Source: a virus (Duplodnaviria > Heunggongvirae > Uroviricota > Caudoviricetes). From it: DNA of 5,427 nt. The stretch lies in the IMG/VR virus record IMGVR_UViG_2667527792_000009; one strand, written 5' to 3'. The position numbers and the translations under genes were made by a program. Positions within the stretch are counted from its first letter, which is position 1. Each line of letters starts with the position of its first letter. The notes beneath the pieces are model-generated. The model did not search any database. It was given only the letters and a program-made list of their open reading frames with translations, and was not told the origin of the DNA. Below are positions 1 through 5,427 of the stretch, in pieces.

Positions 1-316
1 TGAGTTTTACCGGCACTTCTTCTGCACTGGTTCCGGCATCTGCCCAGACAACCCCGACCAGCGGATCAGAGCCGCTGTTAGTCAGCTGAACTTTTCCGGA
101 CTTCAGATAAACCTTCTTACCCGTTTTCATGTCATCCGTTTTCAGCTTAGGCAGCATAAACACACCTTCGGTCATGCCGTCGCCTGTTTCACCCTGTGGA
201 ATATCGGTCAGCGCCACCGCAAAAACATCGCCCACCTGCACCAGATCTCCGCTGCTGATGGCTGCACTGGCAACAATCGCCACCGTTTTTCCTTCTTCTA
301 CAAAATTCTTTGCCAT
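1..316 (-). CDS. Small phage head-module protein, DUF2190-like (putative capsid decoration/cement protein); partial, 3' end beyond window start
   Basis: ATG at 316-314 with GGAGA Shine-Dalgarno 5-6 nt upstream; minus-strand frame stays open to position 1 (about 105 codons; absent from the ORF track because no stop falls inside the window). Hand translation: MAKNFVEEGKTVAIVASAAISSGDLVQVGDVFAVALTDIPQGETGDGMTEGVFMLPKLKTDDMKTGKKVYLKSGKVQLTNSGSDPLVGVVWADAGTSAEEVPVKL. Gly/Val/Ala-rich small protein in the position directly downstream of the capsid gene. Family assignment is from memory of the motif pattern. Confidence 0.6.
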   Translation of the reverse strand, partial: MAKNFVEEGKTVAIVASAAISSGDLVQVGDVFAVALTDIPQGETGDGMTEGVFMLPKLKTDDMKTGKKVYLKSGKVQLTNSGSDPLVGVVWADAGTSAEEVPVKL

Positions 317-359
317 AACTGTCTCCGCACAGCCCCGTTCAGGGGCTGATTTCAGGTAC

Positions 360-378
360 AAAAAAAGCCCTTACGGGC
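360..378 (-). terminator. Putative Rho-independent terminator downstream of the protease-capsid gene
   Basis: On the minus-strand transcript: GCCC-GUAA-GGGC hairpin (plus 367-378; 4 bp GC stem, 5 with a G-U closing pair, GNRA tetraloop) followed directly by U7 (plus-strand A run 360-366). It starts about 25 nt after the TAA stop at 405-403. Stem is short, so probably a partial terminator. Confidence 0.5.
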
Positions 379-402
379 CATCAGAGTTGTTGTCTGCGAC
401 GT

Positions 403-2361
403 TTACGCCGTACATTTCACCAGACCGCGGTGATCAACTGGCGCGACACCGGCGTCAATACGCACTTTCGTTGTCACGCCATCCACACTGAAGCCCTCCA
501 TCTGATCAATATATGGCGTATCCACACCGTTGAGATAAGCCACTTCAATCGTATCGGAGCCTTTTGACGCAGCCAGGTAGAAGGTGGTCTGGCTGTTATC
601 ATCAAGACGAGGCTCTGCAATAACGGTCGCAAAATCTTTCACCGGGTTAATAATACCGGCGTTAATGTCAGCCCCCTTGACACTTGAGGAGCGAATGACC
701 TGGTTAGCAACAGACTCCATCGCCGTCGGTACCAGTACGAACGCAGGACGAATATTCAGATGACGCTCCCCCTCTTTCTGAACGCGCATCAACTGGCGGG
801 CTTTATCCAGCGATGCCACGTCCATTGCAGCGCTCTCCAGTACGTTTGCATGTTTCGCTTTATCGAACAGACTTACATTATCTGTGGAGATTTTCGGGTT
901 AGACGTCAGAATGGCATAAACCAGATCGGCAATAGTGGATTTCGCCGCACGGCCCAGTTTCATCGGGACATCGGTCAGCATATTCAGATCATCATTGATA
1001 ATGGCCTGACGGGTGATACTGAACAGCTCGCCATAGGTCGCCAGTGCAATAGTGGCCTGTTTATCTCCGGTGGTGACGTATTTATATTCCGCCCCTTCAC
1101 GCACCTGACGCAGAGCACTGAAGCCCCCCATACCCACACGATGGGCAATTTTAAAATCAGACAACTGACCTTTCCGCGTCCACTGTTCATAGGTTTCAGG
1201 GGCATCTTCCCAGCCCTGCAGAATGGCTTTGTTCGCAACATCCAGCAGAATATTACCGAAGTCAGACGTACTGTGTGTGAACGCCGCACCGACCATCTGC
1301 ATCGGGTTATAACCGGAAACCCCAATACCCCGTTCAGTTAGTGACATACGGGCATATTCACGCAGGGTCATCCCGTTGTAGACATTATCACGTTCGGTTT
1401 TTTCAAATCCGGCACGCGCCATCAGCGCCTGGCGGATCCCGTCCCCCACAAAATTACCGTTACCGGCATAAATATGAGCCGGGGTATTTTTATTGGATGG
1501 CGTGGACTCGCGCCCCATCTCGTTCAACAGCTTTTCACGGGCCTGCTCCAGCGAACATTCAGGATCGGCAAGACACTGGGCCTGCAGCATCTGATAACGC
1601 CCGCCAAACATGGCAAACAGATCATTAATACCGTTTACACGCGCTTTTTGCTCTGCCAGTACCTGCGCACGGATACTGTTTTCATCCACCACGGGTGCTG
1701 CTGCCTGCACTGGCGTCCGGGAGGCTGCAGGTTCATCATCCTGTACGCGTGGAGCACTGTTGCGTGGCGGAGTAATCATGTTTCGAATGGATTCCGGCAT
1801 CTTTTTAAATTCCTCTGTACGTTTTGACTGAATACATGCCATTGCCTTAACGGCTGGTGTCACCTGATCAGCAAATCCCTGTGCCAGACATTCGGCACCG
1901 GACATCCAGGTCTCATCCGCCAGCATGGCAGCAATTTCATCGGTGGTTTTCCCGGTTTTCTGTGCATAAGCGGGTAACAGAACCGCCTCAACTTTATCGA
2001 GCAGGTCGGCATAGGTGCGCATGTCCTCCGCATCACCGCCCGTAAAGCCAAATGGTTTATGAATCATCATGAAGGAGTTTTCCGGCATAATGATCGGGTT
2101 TCCCACCATCGCAATGACCGACGCCATTGACGCCGCCACACCGTCGACATAAACGGTAATGGACGCACCATGTGTTTTCAGTGCATTAAAAATGGCGATG
2201 CCTTCAAAGACATCGCCACCCGGTGAATTAATATGGAGATTAATGTGGGTGATATCGCCCAGTGCATTCAGATCACTGATAAACTGCTTCGCTGTAACAC
2301 CCCAGAAACCAATCTCGTCATAAATATAAATATCCGCGTCACTCTGGTGACCTGCCTGCAT
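403..2361 (-). CDS. Prohead protease (ClpP/S14-like) - scaffold-like linker - major capsid protein, encoded as one fused polypeptide (652 aa)
   Basis: Continuous ORF from ATG 2361-2359 to TAA 405-403. The 739-aa track ORF extends further upstream only because the frame stays open across the portal 3' end; 2361 is the first ATG after the portal stop. N-terminal ~180 aa carries ClpP-type motifs (INSPGGDV, GVAASMASV, MMIHKP, ADETWMSGAE) with a candidate Ser-His-Asp triad at codons 2130-2128, 2061-2059 and 1917-1915, spaced as in ClpP. Middle ~140 aa is an Ala/Gln/Glu-rich helical segment. C-terminal ~330 aa has the size and position of an HK97-fold major capsid protein; that part is inferred from context, not verified by motif. 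Confidence 0.8.
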   Translation of the reverse strand: MQAGHQSDADIYIYDEIGFWGVTAKQFISDLNALGDITHINLHINSPGGDVFEGIAIFNALKTHGASITVYVDGVAASMASVIAMVGNPIIMPENSFMMIHKPFGFTGGDAEDMRTYADLLDKVEAVLLPAYAQKTGKTTDEIAAMLADETWMSGAECLAQGFADQVTPAVKAMACIQSKRTEEFKKMPESIRNMITPPRNSAPRVQDDEPAASRTPVQAAAPVVDENSIRAQVLAEQKARVNGINDLFAMFGGRYQMLQAQCLADPECSLEQAREKLLNEMGRESTPSNKNTPAHIYAGNGNFVGDGIRQALMARAGFEKTERDNVYNGMTLREYARMSLTERGIGVSGYNPMQMVGAAFTHSTSDFGNILLDVANKAILQGWEDAPETYEQWTRKGQLSDFKIAHRVGMGGFSALRQVREGAEYKYVTTGDKQATIALATYGELFSITRQAIINDDLNMLTDVPMKLGRAAKSTIADLVYAILTSNPKISTDNVSLFDKAKHANVLESAAMDVASLDKARQLMRVQKEGERHLNIRPAFVLVPTAMESVANQVIRSSSVKGADINAGIINPVKDFATVIAEPRLDDNSQTTFYLAASKGSDTIEVAYLNGVDTPYIDQMEGFSVDGVTTKVRIDAGVAPVDHRGLVKCTA

Positions 2362-2374
2362 CCTGAACCAGGAA

Positions 2375-3718
2375 TTATTCTTCGGACTGGTCGTCGGTGT
2401 GCTGCGGCTCCTGTCGTTTCGTTGCGGCACTGCTGCCTCCTTTATCACTGGCCGGATCGGTATCAAATACCAGATCCAGCTTGCGGTTTTCATCAATTTC
2501 GGCCTTGCGCCGACGTTTGACATCATCCGGATTACGACCACCTGCACGTACCCAGTCTGATTCTGTCGCCGCTCCACCACGAATCTGAATTTTCCAGGCC
2601 TCAGCCTCCTTAACAGGGTCAATCCACGGCATCACCGGTCCGGAATACACCGCGGTATACAGTGAAGATCGGTCCAGATCGCGGGGTAGCCTGATAACAC
2701 CGGATGCCACAGCCTGTTTCAGCCAGGCACGGTACATCGGGCGGGTGACGGCACCAATAAACCAGTCCTGCAGGATCAGGTAGCCATCAGTAGATTCAAC
2801 CAGCTCCTGACGCTGGGCGCTGTAAGTGCCGTTATAGTTGCGCGCTGTACTGGAAAAACTCAGACGACTGCCCGCAGCCACGGCACGCAACTGACCATTA
2901 CGAAAAGTTTCAAGGTTAGGATTGGGGCGATCCGACTTCACCATTCCGATTTCTTCGCCGGGTTTCAGATCGTCGTAAATAATGCCTGGCTGAATGGTAA
3001 GCTCGCGTTCATTCTCCTTGCTGTCATTACCATCCGTTTCATAGCTCTGTCCGTCGCCTTTCCGGATGTACATCCCCAGAGCAGCGGCGATCCTTGCTGC
3101 AGTCAGCTCAGAATCTTCATACTCTTTCAGAGCACTGAGGCGGATCAGCACACCGGACAACAAAGACGTCCCGCGCATCTGGTGCAGACGGCGAACAAAT
3201 TTAAGATGCAGCATTCGCTCTGCATCCACTTCTTTGGTTTCCATCTGCCGCCCGGATACGGGACGGCTTTTATACACCAGATATTTTTCGGGACGCCCCC
3301 AGTCATCAACAAACACGCCCTGATTCAGCCTGTTGCTCTCATCACTGGTCATGGGAATAAAGTCCGGCTCGAGCGCCTCCAGCCAGAAATGAACACCGGC
3401 AGAAGGCGTCAAGCTGTTTATGCGCCCGGAAACCATCTGGGCAAACACCTCACCATCGCGCAGCCAGGTACGCAGCATCAGACGTTCCAGCATCGGACGG
3501 GTAAACTGCCCGGTGACCTCCGGACTGACAGACCATTCACTCCATCGGGTGCGAATCTCCGCTGCCAGATCACGGGCAATGGCCCCATTGCGTAATACCG
3601 GATGTGGCTCGACAATAATCCCGTTTTTCCCCACCACCCGTTCTTCCAGCTTGTCAAATACACCAATGACCAGATCGTGGTTGTTATCAAGGTAACGGGC
3701 CTGCTCACGTAACGACAC
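2375..3718 (-). CDS. Portal protein, lambda gpB family (main body; N-terminal 51 codons separated by an in-frame TAG)
   Basis: 447-codon track ORF running from GTG 3718-3716 to TAA 2377-2375. Large protein with acidic C-terminus (..HTDDQSEE) located between the gpW-like gene and the prohead protease, as in lambda W-B-C order. The same frame continues upstream to ATG 3883 but is interrupted by TAG at 3730-3728. Confidence 0.8.
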   Translation of the reverse strand: MSLREQARYLDNNHDLVIGVFDKLEERVVGKNGIIVEPHPVLRNGAIARDLAAEIRTRWSEWSVSPEVTGQFTRPMLERLMLRTWLRDGEVFAQMVSGRINSLTPSAGVHFWLEALEPDFIPMTSDESNRLNQGVFVDDWGRPEKYLVYKSRPVSGRQMETKEVDAERMLHLKFVRRLHQMRGTSLLSGVLIRLSALKEYEDSELTAARIAAALGMYIRKGDGQSYETDGNDSKENERELTIQPGIIYDDLKPGEEIGMVKSDRPNPNLETFRNGQLRAVAAGSRLSFSSTARNYNGTYSAQRQELVESTDGYLILQDWFIGAVTRPMYRAWLKQAVASGVIRLPRDLDRSSLYTAVYSGPVMPWIDPVKEAEAWKIQIRGGAATESDWVRAGGRNPDDVKRRRKAEIDENRKLDLVFDTDPASDKGGSSAATKRQEPQHTDDQSEE

Positions 3719-3727
3719 GGCCCCGTA

Positions 3728-3883
3728 CTAGCTTAACTGGTCGGCAGTTCGGCTCTCCCGTCGGGCTTTATGTGTCCGCGTCGTTTTTACGGCCTCATAA
3801 GCCTGGATCACCGCACGGGAACGCAGCCTTGCCGCTTTCCATCTTGGTGAAAAAACGCCAATCACATCATCAAGAATTGCCAT
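3728..3883 (-). pseudogene. Portal N-terminal segment (51 codons) cut off from the portal body by an in-frame amber codon
   Basis: ATG 3883-3881 overlaps the gpW-like stop (TGATG) and has a GAGG Shine-Dalgarno about 5 nt upstream. Hand translation [51 protein letters not shown], then TAG 3730-3728, then YGA and the GTG at 3718, all in the portal frame. Confidence 0.55.
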
Positions 3884-4095
3884 CAGAACCTCGCCAGCCG
3901 GTACCCGGGATGCCCCCGTCGTCGTGTAATCAGAGCCGCAAGGCGGCGCTCCCACTCCTGCCGCCCCTGCCGGATCTCAGATAAGTTTTCCATGGTCATC
4001 TGCTGACCATTAAAAGTGACGGATTTTCCGTCCAGCACCGCCATTTCAGCTTCCGTATAACGCTGAATCATGGCTTCAATATCATTCTGATTCAT
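3883..4095 (-). CDS. Head-tail joining / head completion protein, lambda gpW-like (70 aa)
   Basis: Small ORF sitting exactly between terminase large subunit and portal, as W does in lambda. Start assigned to ATG 4095-4093 (GGAGG about 6 nt upstream) rather than the track ATG at 4101-4099, which has no spacer after the same GGAGG. The start overlaps the terminase stop as ATGA; the stop overlaps the portal start. Sequence [32 protein letters not shown]...RRRG is of gpW size with an RRRG-containing C-terminus like lambda W (from memory). Confidence 0.7.
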   Translation of the reverse strand: MNQNDIEAMIQRYTEAEMAVLDGKSVTFNGQQMTMENLSEIRQGRQEWERRLAALITRRRGHPGYRLARF

Positions 4096-5075
4096 AACCA
4101 TCCTCCGGAAGTCAGCCAGGGGTTAACATCGTCAGTTACTGTTTTCTTCCGTTTTTGTTTTTTAACAGGCGTGGGTACCGGTTCCGGTGAGGGTGACGGT
4201 TCGGTACTGTCCGGGACACACTCCAGCCAGGTTTCCCGGCTCGCCCACTCCGGTGCATCCGGCCAGCGGATCTTTTCGTATCCATGCAGAATGACCAGAG
4301 CCTCGGCATACACCATCAGGTCAAAAGCTTCGTTGGCACCGCGACCCGGCTTACTCCATTTCCCGTCACTGCTCCGCTCTTCATACGTCAGTTCGTCGTA
4401 AAACCAGCTCCCCAGCCAGTCAGGGAAATGCACATAGCCTGGACCTGGCGAGTCACGCCATAACGCGTTATTCACCCGGTCTTTCAGGGCATCCGTCTGA
4501 AGAAGCCAGAGCGGCACATCACCTGCGGCCTGCGCCCGGCGGCCCGTTCGTCCGGTGTTATCAGGGAATGTACGGCTGATCAGTTTTGCGCGCCGGATGC
4601 TGTCGCCCTTAAACAGGTAAATACGTTTACCAAGGCCATCACGACGGCAACGACGCCAGAATTTATAGGCATTATCAGTGACCCCGTCTTCACCGCCGGA
4701 GTCCACCGCCATTGCCATCAGTCGCATTTGTTGAGAAGGATCGGAGGCCAGCGGCCAGCTTTTATGAAAAACATCCGTCAGCAGGACATCCCAGTCTTCC
4801 GGATAGCTGGCCGGATCAATTCGCTGGCTCTCCCCGTCGCAGTCACTGCGCAATGACTGCGTGATGTTGTAACGATCAATAATCCAGCGTTCGCCACGGC
4901 TGCCATAGCCCGTTACCTGAACCACAAAACGGCGATGACGTCCCGCCTGCACATCCACTGTCGCCACAAGGAAATTAACGCCATCCGGAACACTGCGGGA
5001 AGGAACTGGCTCTGCCCGCTGCTCAAGCAGTTCACTTTTTCGTTGCTCCATGCTGGCACGAGGAAGATAAGGCAA
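4092..5075 (-). pseudogene. Terminase large subunit (lambda gpA family), C-terminal nuclease-domain fragment; N-terminal ATPase domain absent
   Basis: Minus-strand frame ending at TGA 4094-4092. The translation from about codon 109 of the 435-aa track ORF (..[33 protein letters not shown].., ..[20 protein letters not shown].., ..[13 protein letters not shown].., ..[10 protein letters not shown].., ..[14 protein letters not shown]..) matches the conserved C-terminal pattern of gpA-type terminases as I remember it. Upstream of about 5075-5080 the same frame is only the antisense of the adhE/LuxR fragments. The only in-frame ATG nearby (5051-5049) has no Shine-Dalgarno, and no Walker-A ATPase region is present. 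Confidence 0.65.
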
Positions 5076-5077
5076 AC

Positions 5078-5285
5078 AGTCTAACGCACTGATGCACCAC
5101 CCAGACATCAACCTGATCCTCGCGACTGGTGGTCCGGGCATGGTTAAAGCCGCATACAGCTCCGGTAAACCAGCTATCGGTGTAGGCGCGGGCAACACTC
5201 CAGTTGTTATCGATGAAACTGCTGATATCAAACGGGCAGTTGCATCTGTACTGATGTCCAAAACCTTCGACAACGGCGTAATCTG
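5078..5285 (+). pseudogene. adhE: Internal fragment of aldehyde-alcohol dehydrogenase gene adhE (about residues 195-245), ending just before the catalytic-cysteine codon
   Basis: Plus-strand translation [68 protein letters not shown] matches, from memory, the E. coli AdhE aldehyde-dehydrogenase domain. Native AdhE continues ..DNGVICASEQS; here the codon after GVI is TGG (W) and the sequence diverges. The three codons 5' of SNAL (G-K-Q) do not match AdhE (expected V-E-L), and TAA lies in frame at 5068-5070. No Shine-Dalgarno before ATG 5092. Confidence 0.7.
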
Positions 5286-5427
5286 GTTAGCGGCGGGCGA
5301 ATCAAATAAGGAGATCGGCAGAGCGCTGAATATCAGTACCGGAACGGTAAAAGCGCATCTGGAATCCCTGTATCGCCGTCTGGAAGTGAAAAATCGCATC
5401 CATGCCAGCGGTCTGGCAAGCCTTTGA
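5286..5427 (+). pseudogene. C-terminal fragment of a LuxR/GerE-type helix-turn-helix regulator, fused in frame to the adhE fragment
   Basis: Translation ..[43 protein letters not shown] then TGA 5425-5427 fits the second half of the LuxR/GerE HTH consensus (G.SNKEIA..L.IS..TVK.H...I..KL.V.NR..A). The first part of the domain (LT.RE.EVL..) and any receiver or ligand domain are missing. I could not assign it to a specific known regulator. Confidence 0.5.

Noticed and set aside
129-491. 120-aa plus-strand ORF from the track
   Set aside because: It lies antisense to the DUF2190-like gene, the terminator region and the 3' end of the capsid gene. It has a low-complexity Ser/Thr/Pro-rich translation and no ribosome-binding site. 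The minus-strand genes explain this sequence.
1369-1371. Internal ATG (MTLREYARMSL...) as an independent start for a capsid-only product
   Set aside because: No properly spaced Shine-Dalgarno (GGGA abuts the ATG). There is no evidence from sequence alone, so the gene is treated as a single fusion.
760-2051. Several track ORFs of 62-193 aa on both strands inside the protease-capsid gene (760-1341, 984-1325, 1341-1628, 1474-1827, 1610-1831, 1857-2045, 1860-2051)
   Set aside because: All are embedded in, or antisense to, the 652-aa protease-capsid ORF, which has clear protease motifs. None has a convincing start signal or recognisable protein features.
2362-2622. Upstream 87 codons of the 739-aa track ORF
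   Set aside because: The frame is open only because it overlaps the 3' end of the portal gene in another frame. The first ATG after the portal stop is at 2361, and the protease domain begins shortly after it.
3066-3708. Track ORFs inside the portal gene (3066-3323, 3182-3595, 3420-3695 plus strand; 3478-3708 minus strand)
   Set aside because: Antisense or out-of-frame overlaps of the portal coding region, with no independent support.
3721-3740. CTAGCTTAA at the portal amber site as an engineered multi-frame stop cassette
   Set aside because: Stops are present in only two of three frames on either strand and there are no flanking cloning-site or linker signatures. A natural point mutation or a sequencing error is simpler.
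3884-3955. Upstream extension ([10 protein letters not shown]...) of the portal N-terminal ORF
   Set aside because: It overlaps the gpW-like gene in another frame. The ATG at 3883 has a Shine-Dalgarno and start/stop overlap with the gpW-like gene, so it is the credible start.
4096-4101. First ATG (4101-4099) as start of the gpW-like gene
   Set aside because: The GGAGG motif abuts this ATG with no spacer. The second ATG (4095-4093) has about 6 nt spacing and overlaps the terminase stop.
5076-5399. First ~107 codons of the 435-aa minus-strand track ORF as the terminase N-terminus
   Set aside because: This stretch is the reverse complement of the plus-strand adhE/LuxR-fragment ORF. Its translation ([24 protein letters not shown]...) has no terminase or ATPase motifs; the frame is open by chance.
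1-5427. Search for CRISPR repeats, tRNA/ncRNA genes, IS inverted repeats, integrase or known defence-system genes
   Set aside because: No regularly spaced direct repeats, cloverleaf-compatible segments, terminal inverted repeats or defence-type ORFs were found on manual reading. The whole window is accounted for by the phage head module and the adhE/LuxR fragment patch.

Overview
Most of this window (1-5075) is the head-morphogenesis module of a lambda-like prophage, all on the minus strand, and it looks defective. Reading right to left: the C-terminal nuclease half of a terminase large subunit (N-terminal ATPase half absent), a gpW-like head-tail joining gene, a gpB-like portal gene broken by an in-frame TAG 51 codons after its start, a single large gene fusing a ClpP-like prohead protease, a helical scaffold-like linker and a major capsid domain, an intrinsic terminator, and the start of a small DUF2190-like head protein that runs off the left edge. 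The right end (5078-5427, plus strand) is not phage: it is an internal fragment of the aldehyde-alcohol dehydrogenase gene adhE fused in frame to the C-terminal part of a LuxR/GerE-type helix-turn-helix, with no ribosome-binding site. I found no CRISPR array, RNA gene, IS end, integrase or recognisable defence system, and I do not see evidence of a novel system here. The notable points are the three disruptions (truncated terminase, amber in portal, adhE::LuxR patchwork) beside an apparently intact protease-capsid gene. All coordinates and translations were worked out by hand from the sequence and ORF track; family assignments are from remembered motifs, not database searches.
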